A DNA stretch of 12,611 bases. Origin: an uncultured Candidatus Bathyarchaeia archaeon (lineage in GTDB: Archaea; Thermoproteota; Bathyarchaeia; Bathyarchaeales; Bathycorpusculaceae). The notes under the pieces are model-generated. The model saw only the letters and a program-made list of their open reading frames with translations, was not told the origin of the DNA and searched no databases. The stretch spans positions 1 to 12,611 of the forward strand of contig CAYVGZ010000044.1 of assembly GCA_964450845.1 (NCBI GenBank), read 5' to 3'. Position numbers and translations under genes: made by a program. Positions 1 through 7,716 of the stretch are shown here, piece after piece. The stretch's first letter is position 1; each line of letters begins with the position of its first letter.

Positions 1-2
1 GG

Positions 3-260
3 TCTAGGCTCACTGATGGCTGGATACCCATAGGATCAGCGAGAACAAATGATGATGGAGCGACATCCTTGAACCTAGCTTTTAACGTGTCGGATGGAAA
101 CTATGCGTTTAGGGCTTATCATGGGGGTAATGAAAACTTTGGTGAGTCTGAGAACGTTACGGAGGTCGAGATTTTTTCTGACACGGCTGAAGGTGTCCTT
201 TTTTTGGCTGTGAGTCCGGGTTTGGGAAGGCTTTTTCATCTTGCGATGTCGGTGATCTGA
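3..260 (+). CDS. 5'-partial CDS entering from outside the window; Ig-like beta-sandwich segment of a surface protein, probably the upstream part of the 269..3325 protein
   Basis: Frame is open from base 3 (SRLTDGWIPIGSARTNDDGATSLNLAFNVSDGNYAFRAYHGGNENFGESENVTEVEIF...), so the TTG at 69 is unlikely to be the true start. Contains the same T-N-x-x-G motif (45-59) as the downstream ORF and two N-x-S/T sequons (NVS, NVT). Confidence 0.75.
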   Translation, partial: SRLTDGWIPIGSARTNDDGATSLNLAFNVSDGNYAFRAYHGGNENFGESENVTEVEIFSDTAEGVLFLAVSPGLGRLFHLAMSVI

Positions 261-268
261 CGATTACT

Positions 269-3200
269 GTGAGTAGTGACAATCCATACGCGTTGTTACA
301 GATGAATGCTAGTGCATGGTATGTTGTTGACGAGCCTCTGCAGGGTCCCTACACGTTCATATTCTTCTTCTATGATTACATGAACATAACGGGGTTCTTA
401 GGGTCGTCTTGCGCATCGGTGAGTGAGGGCCCCCCATATGTTTATAAAGGCTCGCTTGGGTGGGGTCCCGAGGTTGTTGGCAGTCATGAACTCATCGCGG
501 GCGTCGTAAACGGCACTATCTATGATGTTATAGCTGGTATGTACGGCGTTGGTATACGTGCCTCAGAGGCTGTTGATCTTGAAGTTCAGGGTTGTCCCTC
601 AAATCTCGTTGTTCACTATCCTCAAGTTGTGTATGATGATGTTCTGTCCATTACAGCGACTTTTTCGATGCCTAGAGTATATAGTGTCACGTCTACCGAT
701 TTCTACGTTGCAACCACCCTTGCACCTGAGTTCACGTACAATGAAGTGGATTATATGATTGATGAACCGGTTGACTCTGTTCCAGTCGAGCTTTACGCAG
801 ACGGTGACTTAGTGTCTGTTAATCAAACAAACGAAGATGGACTTGCATTCTTTTCGCTTGGCTTGGATTTTTCAGATGCGCATTTTGCATCAAACATTAC
901 AGCCGTAGTTGATGATGCTGTACTTTTTGAGAGCTTAATGGTGGAGCGGTTTGTTTCGTTTACCAGAGTAGGCGTTTCTGATGTTGCATCGGGGGGAAGT
1001 GATTTCTTCCAATTGAATTATACTCTTAATGAATTTGATTCTGAGGATGGGGTTTACGTGGGAACGGATAATCTTTTAAAGGCAGATGTTGGTTTGTTCA
1101 ATCAATCTATTTGGAATGTCCCAGTGTCTGTAACGAGTGCAAGGTTTGTCTCGAGTTGCAAAACTCAGATGGATCCGCTAAGGGTTGGCTCTATACCAAC
1201 TGGCTCAGACTATTTGCGGGTGACGTCTTTTTATGACACTAGAGCGCTAGTAGCAGACGTAGCATTTCGTGATGGCAAAGTCAACCTTTATGATGCAGTA
1301 GTTGTAACCACGGCTTATGGCTCTAGCCTAGGAGACTCTAACTGGAATCCTGATGCAGACTTGGCAGCCCCTTGGGGAAAAATCGACATATACGATGTGG
1401 TCGTTGTCTTATCCCATTATGGAGAGAGTGGAGACTACTATCCGCCTCAAGGACTTTATATTCTTTTTGATAACGGTCAAAGGGTTGATGTGGATAGTAG
1501 CGGCTGTGCTAGTATTCCTTCGGGTGCTACAAGTTTCAACGTGTGTAGGAATGCTCAGGTTGTAGGAGCTTTTGTCGAGTTTTTTGTGATTACTTTTGAT
1601 GAAGTATGCTGGACAAACAATATTGGAACGATTGCGACTGTATGGAAACCGATGGAAACGGGTACTTATTTGCTGCAAGTTAAGTTGCCATCATGTTTTA
1701 CTGCAACTACAACGTTTTGGAGTGATGTGACTGAGGTTGACGCCTCTTTAAACATTGTTGACTATTATCTTGTGGAGAAGAGACCCATAGAGTTGTCTGT
1801 GGATTATGTGCCTGAGCAGCCTACGCTTGACGACGAGGTTACGATGATCGCAAACGTTTTTGACATGGGGTTGGAAGAGCCTGCTGAAAATTTGAAGGTG
1901 GAGTTTTACGTATATCGTATGCAGGAAGGCGATTGGCTGTATATGGATGATTCACTTACTAACTCGTCTGGTGTGGCGATGTTTACGTGGACGCCTAACG
2001 ATTATCTTGAGGAGACTGGCGGTCTCGCATATTTTGTGCTTTCGGTTAGAGTTGTCGAAACTGCCTATACGGCGATGGCTGAGGTGGTACCAGTTAGTGT
2101 GGATACGAGGTACTTGACTGGGCTGGAGTTTTTGATGGGTGGAGACACGGTTAATGTTGCTGTTGGAGAGGAGAGTCATCTCTACGTGAAGTTGGTTAGG
2201 GCATGTGACGGCTCGCCTATTGACGGCGTCTATGTCAACCTTTACATCGATGGCGTTAAGACGAGTTGGGCTTTAACGGGTGCTACTGGGTTTCCTGGGG
2301 TTGCTGAGTGGTGGCCTTGGGTTGTTGAGGAGGAAGGAGTATACTATTATACCGTTCGTTTTGAAAATTGGGACCCCCTCTACCAGCCGTCTAATGAGGC
2401 TAGGCTTGTCGTCGTCGCTGAGGTTGTTCCTATGAATATTCTTTTTGATGTTCAGCCCCGTGATTTTAAGCCTGGAACATCCTTAACCTTGACGGTTCAA
2501 GTTAATGATTCGCGTTCAGGCGAGCCGTTGTCAGGTCGTGTTGTTAAGTTCTACGCTGTGGATGAGGATGGTGATAAGGGTCGTATTGATGATGGAAGTA
2601 TAGCAACTGATGAGAATGGAGTAGCTACGTTAATATGGACTTATGCTGTAGGTCCTTGGGCTTTTGTGGTTGAGGTTGCTACTGGACAAAGCATGATGAG
2701 TAGTCCTGTTATGTTGACTGTGGCTAAAGAGACTGGACTCAGTTTGGATGTTGAGAAGGACGAATCCAGCTTTGAATACACTTTTTCTGGCTACCTTTTA
2801 AGCTACGGTGAAGCCGTGCTTTATAGACAAGTGAAAATCTTGGTGAACGACACCGCAGAAGCTGTTCTCGACACCAATCCAGACGGAAGCTTCAGTGTAA
2901 CGCTTAATCTTCAACCTGCAGACAACAAGCCAACTGCTTATAATGTGCAGGCTGTTTTTGAGGGTGATGAGCCATGCAGTGCTACGGCTTATGCTCTGAC
3001 GCCTAATGGCACAGAATACGCTGTGTGCACGACTGTTCAGTACGGTTTTAAGCCTTCAACCAACAGCACTTGGCTTACTGTGGAGCCGCAATCGACTCAG
3101 GTAATGCAGCCGACAAAAACACCAAAACAACTGCAAGCTGAAGCAGAAAACAGCGGATGGCTAAGCATATGGCACGAGTTTAGCTGGTGGTACCCATGGT

Positions 3201-3325
3201 ACAGACTACATTTTATAGGCAAATATAGTGGAGAAACCATGATTGACATTGGCATTGCCGTATTACCATTCGCAGTCACAGACTTTCCAAAAATCATTGG
3301 CAAAAACATAATGCACGCATCATAA
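269..3325 (+). CDS. Large extracellular/surface multidomain protein: Ig-like (Big/transthyretin-like) repeats, internal dockerin-like module, Trp-rich C-terminal motif
   Basis: 1018-aa ORF rich in V/T/D/E/Y beta-strand patterns. 12 N-x-S/T sequons counted by hand. Recurring T[N/D]xxG motif at 827, 1958, 2606 and 2873. No signal peptide at the GTG start, and the frame is already open from 191. Confidence 0.85.
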   Translation: MSSDNPYALLQMNASAWYVVDEPLQGPYTFIFFFYDYMNITGFLGSSCASVSEGPPYVYKGSLGWGPEVVGSHELIAGVVNGTIYDVIAGMYGVGIRASEAVDLEVQGCPSNLVVHYPQVVYDDVLSITATFSMPRVYSVTSTDFYVATTLAPEFTYNEVDYMIDEPVDSVPVELYADGDLVSVNQTNEDGLAFFSLGLDFSDAHFASNITAVVDDAVLFESLMVERFVSFTRVGVSDVASGGSDFFQLNYTLNEFDSEDGVYVGTDNLLKADVGLFNQSIWNVPVSVTSARFVSSCKTQMDPLRVGSIPTGSDYLRVTSFYDTRALVADVAFRDGKVNLYDAVVVTTAYGSSLGDSNWNPDADLAAPWGKIDIYDVVVVLSHYGESGDYYPPQGLYILFDNGQRVDVDSSGCASIPSGATSFNVCRNAQVVGAFVEFFVITFDEVCWTNNIGTIATVWKPMETGTYLLQVKLPSCFTATTTFWSDVTEVDASLNIVDYYLVEKRPIELSVDYVPEQPTLDDEVTMIANVFDMGLEEPAENLKVEFYVYRMQEGDWLYMDDSLTNSSGVAMFTWTPNDYLEETGGLAYFVLSVRVVETAYTAMAEVVPVSVDTRYLTGLEFLMGGDTVNVAVGEESHLYVKLVRACDGSPIDGVYVNLYIDGVKTSWALTGATGFPGVAEWWPWVVEEEGVYYYTVRFENWDPLYQPSNEARLVVVAEVVPMNILFDVQPRDFKPGTSLTLTVQVNDSRSGEPLSGRVVKFYAVDEDGDKGRIDDGSIATDENGVATLIWTYAVGPWAFVVEVATGQSMMSSPVMLTVAKETGLSLDVEKDESSFEYTFSGYLLSYGEAVLYRQVKILVNDTAEAVLDTNPDGSFSVTLNLQPADNKPTAYNVQAVFEGDEPCSATAYALTPNGTEYAVCTTVQYGFKPSTNSTWLTVEPQSTQVMQPTKTPKQLQAEAENSGWLSIWHEFSWWYPWYRLHFIGKYSGETMIDIGIAVLPFAVTDFPKIIGKNIMHAS
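1253..1423 (+). other. Dockerin type I-like domain (duplicated EF-hand-like Ca2+-binding repeat)
   Basis: ADVAFRDGKVNLYDAVVVTTAYG-SSLGDSNWNPD-ADLAAPWGKIDIYDVVVVLSHYG: two D-x4-[DW]GK[VI][ND]xYD-hydrophobic-helix-YG repeats, matching the dockerin pattern. Confidence 0.8.
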
Positions 3326-3338
3326 GACCACCGCGTAA

Positions 3339-3370
3339 AATTTTCCTCAAAAAAGAGAACGAGGAAAGTT
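3339..3370 (-). terminator. Probable terminator between convergent genes (hairpin plus T6 tract on minus strand)
   Basis: TTTCCTC (3342-3348) / GAGGAAA (3361-3367) inverted repeat. The minus strand reads AACTTTCCTCGTTCTCTTTTTT about 20-40 nt after the stop at 3388. Confidence 0.55.
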
Positions 3371-3387
3371 GGGTTTTCGGCGTGAAA

Positions 3388-3759
3388 CTATACCCAAATG
3401 GTTAGAATTGCTATTCCAATGATGGCCAGTATGGCGACTATTACTATGAAGATTATCACTGCCAATATGCTTATAACGAATGCTTTTAACCATCCACAGT
3501 CAAAGAAGTGTTTCACTAGACCAAGCCACAGTAACAGTAGAATAATGGCGGCAATAATGCCTGAGAAGTCAATGATGCTTGAGAGAAAGGCACCAAACAA
3601 CGTGCTAATCACGGTTCCAAGAACGACTATCCAAATAGCATCAGTGAACTTTGCTTTCTCTTTTCCAGCAATAGCTCTTCCTGATAACCAAAGGGCTGGC
3701 GAAATTATTATTGTGTTTACAATGATGTTGATGAGCAACGCTACTAGGTCAACTTCCAT
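3388..3759 (-). CDS. Hypothetical integral membrane protein, about 4 TM helices, 123 aa
   Basis: Strongly hydrophobic segments separated by short polar loops; GGAGG at 3767-3771, 7 nt upstream of the ATG. Confidence 0.85.
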   Translation of the reverse strand: MEVDLVALLINIIVNTIIISPALWLSGRAIAGKEKAKFTDAIWIVVLGTVISTLFGAFLSSIIDFSGIIAAIILLLLWLGLVKHFFDCGWLKAFVISILAVIIFIVIVAILAIIGIAILTIWV

Positions 3760-3849
3760 GCAACCCCCTCCTTTTGAGCCTATAATATGAAGACCATACC
3801 GCTATATGCTTTTCCCCGAGTTAAAGACCAACTTTGCCCGTTAGCATTG

Positions 3850-3861
3850 AAAAAACAAGTT
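3850..3861 (-). terminator. Oligo-T terminator-like tract after the wHTH gene
   Basis: Minus strand reads AACTTGTTTTTT immediately after the TAG; archaeal termination commonly occurs at U-tracts. Confidence 0.45.
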
Positions 3862-4053
3862 CTAGCGGTTTATGAGTTTGTATTGACGGTTCTGACAATC
3901 AATCATTTCATTTTCAAACAATTTGCGCAAAGCTTTGTAAACTTTCTTTTCAGATTCGCCAGTTTTTTCAGCAATCTCTGCAAGTGTTAACCCTTTATCG
4001 GCACTTTTCAACGTTGAAATCACGAGTTCATCAACCTTGTTCAGCTTCACCAT
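3862..4053 (-). CDS. Stand-alone winged helix-turn-helix protein (IclR/TrmB-N-like), about 63 aa
   Basis: LTLAEIAEKTGESEKKVYKALRKLFENEMI is a classic wHTH recognition pattern. ATG at 4053 preferred over the in-frame GTG at 4062. Confidence 0.85.
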   Translation of the reverse strand: MVKLNKVDELVISTLKSADKGLTLAEIAEKTGESEKKVYKALRKLFENEMIDCQNRQYKLINR

Positions 4054-4112
4054 CACAACCACTTCAAACCAACGGTAAATGTTTGGTTTTACAGTTTATG
4101 TTTTAGTTTTTC

Positions 4113-4128
4113 TTATAAATTTTTGTTC
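4113..4128 (-). promoter_or_regulatory. Putative BRE/TATA promoter for the wHTH gene
   Basis: Minus strand GAACAAAA followed by ATTTATAA, about 60 nt upstream of the ATG at 4053. Confidence 0.45.
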
Positions 4129-4193
4129 TCTAAGGGCTAATCATATTTAGTTTAGAAAGATTATTATTGTCTTTCATGGAGTACTAACCGCAA

Positions 4194-4466
4194 ATGCCAT
4201 ACTATGTCTACGTCATTTTATGCAAAGACAACAGTTTCTACACTGGATACACTAAGGATTTAGATTCGAGGATGAGACTTCACATTAAGGGAAAAGCCGC
4301 CAAATATACACGAATGCATAGACCTAAGAAAATTGTTTACGTTGAAGAATTCGGCTCCAGAGCAGAAGCCATGAGAAGGGAGAAACGCGTCAAAAGGTTG
4401 AATCATAGTCAGAAACTCAAACTGATAAACTCGCAGAATAAAACAAAAATAAAATTCAAAAGGTAG
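4194..4466 (+). CDS. GIY-YIG nuclease family protein (UPF0213/YazA/YhbQ-like), 90 aa
   Basis: YYVYVILCKDNSFYTGYTKDLDSRMRLH...GKAAKYT...RP...YVEEFGSRAEAMRREKRVK: GIY-YIG hairpin, conserved Arg/His and catalytic Glu. Confidence 0.92.
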   Translation: MPYYVYVILCKDNSFYTGYTKDLDSRMRLHIKGKAAKYTRMHRPKKIVYVEEFGSRAEAMRREKRVKRLNHSQKLKLINSQNKTKIKFKR

Positions 4467-4482
4467 AAAAGGCTACTAAGCT

Positions 4483-7284
4483 TCAGCGCAGACGTAGTTG
4501 TTTTTTTAATATTTCTTCGGCTTTTTTTATCGCTTCTGCAAGCTTTTCAGTTTGTGTTCCGCCGCCTTGGGCGAAGTTGGGTCTTCCACCGCCTCCGCCG
4601 CCTATAATTGCTGATGCTTCTCTAACTATCTCGTTAGCGTTCACGCCTTTTTTAAGAGCTACTTTTCCAGCCATAACCATGATTCGCGCATTTTTTCCAT
4701 CTGTCCCATAAAATATTGTGACTGTTGCTTCGTCTCGTTTGATGATTTCGCTTGCTGTTTGAACCATGCGGTCAACATCAATTTCTTCTCGAAAATCGCG
4801 CATTACAAGTTTAATGTCGCCTATCGGTCTCGTCAGATGCCATTCTGTTTTGTCACTTATGGTTACGCTTTCTTTCGTCGCTATTTCTTTAGTGAGCTTT
4901 CTTCGTTCTGCGTTTGCTTCCTTCAAATCCTTAACAAGTTTTTCCGCTGTCTTATCTAATTTCTCAAGTGGAGCATTCAAAATCTCTGAGACTTTCCACA
5001 GCAACTGCTCGTTTTCTTGCACATTCTTCAAAGCTGGGATTCCAACCGAATAGACAAGTCTTTCCACACCATCTTGAACCCTTTCCGAATGGATAATTTT
5101 GATGAACCCAATTTCGCCAGTGCTTTTCAAATGCGTCCCAGCGCATGCTTCAACGTCCCAGTCGCCAGTTTTCACAACGCGAATCTCTTTGCCTGGAACA
5201 GCTCCGCCTTGATACAGTCTAAAACCGTAACGGCTTTCAGCTTCGTTTCTTGACATCCATGCGGTCTCAACTGGCATGTTTTGCAGAATCGCTTGGTTTG
5301 CCAATATTTCTATCTTGTGTATTTCTTCAGGTGTTAATCTGCGGTAATGTGAAATATCTAGTCTAGAACTATCTATGCCCTTTTGTGTTCCAAACTGCCA
5401 AACATGTTGCCCAAGCACACGTCTTGCAGCGCCATTAATCAGATGAGTTGCCGTATGGTTTTTCATAAGACCATATCGCTTATCCCAGCTAATCACTCCT
5501 TGGACAGTGCTGCCTTCTTTTGGAACAGCTTTGCCTTTTACCTTATGCGTTATGACTCTGCCGACTTTTTGAACATCAACGACTTCAACTTTGTTTCCAT
5601 CAAACATGAGATAACCATTATCTGCGGGTTGTCCGCCGCCTTCTGGATAGAAACATGTTTTGTCAAGAACAACATACTCATTATCTATTACTTTGAGGAC
5701 TTTCGCTTCAAACTCTTTCATGTACTGGTCTTGATAATATAGCTGTTCCGTTTCAGGCATGTTTAAAACTGCTGTTTCCAGCCACCCTTCTGGCTTCGCT
5801 TCTTCTTCCACTGGTTTAGATGCTTGCATGTGCCTTTGGGCAATCAAAGCGTAGAAGTTGTCTGGAACATCTACTTTCAAGCCTTCTGTTTCTGCTGTTT
5901 GCTCAACAATTTCAGGTGGAAGCCCATGAGAATCATAAAGCTCTGTTAAAGTTTCTATCGAAATTTCCTTCTTCTTTTCCGCTTTCAGTTCACTTGAAAT
6001 ACGCTTCACCATTCCTTCGCCGCGCTTAATTGTTTCTCCGAATTTCTCCTCTTCGACCTGAAGCATCTCCATTATCTCGCTACGCATCTCCTTAAGATGC
6101 GGAAAATCTTCACCCCAGAAGTTAATCTGCATGTCCACGATGTCATACAATTTGTCAGGAATTTCTAGCATTCTTAACAATCGGTAAATCCTGCGAAAGA
6201 TGAGCCTTGCCAAGTATCCTGCTTGAATGTTTGATGGAACAACGCCCTCCGAAAGTAAGAAGCTCAAGCATTTAGTATGGTCCACAACCGCAAAAGCATT
6301 TTCTATTGGAGCCAGAAACTTGTCAAGCTCATCTACGTTTAACCCAACTAATGCTGCTTCCTTCTTTCTAGGTTCCAACCTACTTGCAGTCTTATCCAAA
6401 TTTACTAAACCAGAAACTTCCGCTATTTTCTTTAGCAACTCGTCATCAATTCTTGTTATGCCAGCCATCGTGAAAATTCTGTTAAGCAAGTTTCCATAAA
6501 CTGCATGAAAACCGCTGGGCACGCCTTGCGAAAGCCAAGCATAACGATCTATTCCGTAGCCAGGGTCAACTGTCCTTATCGGCAACTTGACAAACTCATC
6601 ATTGACAACTTTATACTGCATAAAAACCAGCGTTGCAACCTCTAAACCCCGAATAATAGACTCAAGACACGGACCCGCATTTCCCCCACCAGACCAGAGT
6701 TCTTCCTTGTAAACAATTTCGTCAGGTTTTACACCCAAATCTTTTGTAACCCAATCGTGATGATACCTTACAGTCTGATCCTTCCAATAAACCTCTTTAT
6801 CCGGATAATTAAACGCGTGTGCACCGCCCATTTCGAAAATAGTAAGGTGCCTGCCAAACGTTGGAGCGGTGTTGGCTATGTCCACCAAGCGTATACATGG
6901 CTGAGAAATCACAAGTGGATTGGCAGGTGGCGGCACAATTCCGTTGGTCACATATGGTTGAAAATCAATTATGCTCGCGTGCGTCAGATAAATGTCATCT
7001 CGCCATCTTGCAACAACAGGGTAGGGTTTTATGCGGGTGTGTCCATTTTTTTCAAAAAATGACAGGAAGGCTTCTCGCATCTCGCGTAGACTGTAACTTT
7101 TCTTTATAGGCGGATTATTTATGAAAGTGTAAAATGCACATTCTTCCGACGTTGCCTCTCCACAAGTTTCTTGGTCAAGATTCAGCGTCCAAAAATATTT
7201 TCCACATTTAGGACAGCACTTCCTAACGTAACCTTCTTCTTTAAAGAATGAAAGACTGTACTCTTCTTTAGGGAACGTCTTCAA
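4483..7284 (-). CDS. alaS: Alanine--tRNA ligase, archaeal type
   Basis: N-terminal CPKCGKYFWT...TCG; FFEKNGH; QPCIR; GRHLTIFEM; WSGGGNAGP; GLEVATLVF; FYPEGGGQPAD; editing motifs HTATH and CAGTH; C-terminal GGGGGRPNFAQGGG. TTG start. Confidence 0.98.
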   Translation of the reverse strand: MKTFPKEEYSLSFFKEEGYVRKCCPKCGKYFWTLNLDQETCGEATSEECAFYTFINNPPIKKSYSLREMREAFLSFFEKNGHTRIKPYPVVARWRDDIYLTHASIIDFQPYVTNGIVPPPANPLVISQPCIRLVDIANTAPTFGRHLTIFEMGGAHAFNYPDKEVYWKDQTVRYHHDWVTKDLGVKPDEIVYKEELWSGGGNAGPCLESIIRGLEVATLVFMQYKVVNDEFVKLPIRTVDPGYGIDRYAWLSQGVPSGFHAVYGNLLNRIFTMAGITRIDDELLKKIAEVSGLVNLDKTASRLEPRKKEAALVGLNVDELDKFLAPIENAFAVVDHTKCLSFLLSEGVVPSNIQAGYLARLIFRRIYRLLRMLEIPDKLYDIVDMQINFWGEDFPHLKEMRSEIMEMLQVEEEKFGETIKRGEGMVKRISSELKAEKKKEISIETLTELYDSHGLPPEIVEQTAETEGLKVDVPDNFYALIAQRHMQASKPVEEEAKPEGWLETAVLNMPETEQLYYQDQYMKEFEAKVLKVIDNEYVVLDKTCFYPEGGGQPADNGYLMFDGNKVEVVDVQKVGRVITHKVKGKAVPKEGSTVQGVISWDKRYGLMKNHTATHLINGAARRVLGQHVWQFGTQKGIDSSRLDISHYRRLTPEEIHKIEILANQAILQNMPVETAWMSRNEAESRYGFRLYQGGAVPGKEIRVVKTGDWDVEACAGTHLKSTGEIGFIKIIHSERVQDGVERLVYSVGIPALKNVQENEQLLWKVSEILNAPLEKLDKTAEKLVKDLKEANAERRKLTKEIATKESVTISDKTEWHLTRPIGDIKLVMRDFREEIDVDRMVQTASEIIKRDEATVTIFYGTDGKNARIMVMAGKVALKKGVNANEIVREASAIIGGGGGGRPNFAQGGGTQTEKLAEAIKKAEEILKKQLRLR

Positions 7285-7361
7285 CTCTTAAGCGCTCCAA
7301 TAAACAGTGCAATCTCAGATTTTCAAAAGATTAACGAACTGCACACATTTAAACTATTTTA

Positions 7362-7670
7362 CTATCCAAGTTTAAAGCCTAAGAGAAAGCCGACAATAAA
7401 GCTTCCAGCAAAGGGCAAAAGAGAAATCACTCCAATAATCCACGAAAATGCTGACCCAGCCATGCCAAGCGAATTTGCGAGTGCATTCCATAATGCGTAA
7501 TAGTTTATGCTTATTATTCTCTGTACGCCTAAATAGAGAAGTGCGACTATGAATAAGCCCAACACAATAACTATTAACTTGCTCAATTTCTTAAAAGCAT
7601 ATCCAACTATAAAACCGCCTACTCCGCCTACGCCCAACTGATAACCTAGAGACGGAAAAATCTCGCTCAT
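7362..7670 (-). CDS. FUN14 family membrane protein
   Basis: QLGVGGVGGFIVGYAFKKLSK...LLYL...ISINY...GSFIVGFLLG matches the FUN14 pattern; G6 SD-like run at 7675-7680. Confidence 0.9.
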   Translation of the reverse strand: MSEIFPSLGYQLGVGGVGGFIVGYAFKKLSKLIVIVLGLFIVALLYLGVQRIISINYYALWNALANSLGMAGSAFSWIIGVISLLPFAGSFIVGFLLGFKLG

Positions 7671-7708
7671 CTAACCCCCCTTCTCTTGCCTACGTTATCA
7701 TAGATTTG

Positions 7709-7716
7709 ATTTAAAT
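7709..7716. promoter_or_regulatory. Palindromic TATA-like box (ATTTAAAT) between divergent genes
   Basis: Lies 39 nt from the FUN14 start and 40 nt from the GGAGGTGA of the plus-strand gene. Confidence 0.5.

Noticed and set aside
172-177. T6 run as the frameshift site
   Set aside because: The target frame has a TGA at 188-190 just downstream, so a slip here cannot reach the long ORF.
69-260. 63-aa ORF as a complete gene starting at TTG 69
   Set aside because: The frame is open back to the window start with continuous Ig-like sequence; 69 is internal.
258-260. TGA as selenocysteine/readthrough codon
   Set aside because: Another in-frame TGA follows three codons later; the continuation is in a different frame.
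549-3309. Short alternative-frame and antisense ORFs inside the large gene (549, 1353, 1409, 1952, 3097)
   Set aside because: Shadow ORFs with no motifs or translation signals.
2830-3325. A/C-rich C-terminus as a diversity-generating retroelement variable region
   Set aside because: No template repeat, reverse transcriptase or adenine-specific near-duplicate is visible in the window.
3398-3990. Plus-strand ORFs 3398..3790 and 3787..3990
   Set aside because: Antisense to well-supported membrane and wHTH genes.
4194-4466. GIY-YIG as a homing endonuclease or intron marker
   Set aside because: Only 90 aa, catalytic domain without DNA-binding extensions, free-standing, no interrupted host gene; fits the cellular UPF0213 type.
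4580-4602. CCG/CCT/CCA triplet repeat
   Set aside because: Encodes the normal GGGGG motif of the AlaRS C-terminal domain.
4759-7109. Multiple plus-strand ORFs opposite alaS
   Set aside because: Typical antisense shadows of a conserved gene.
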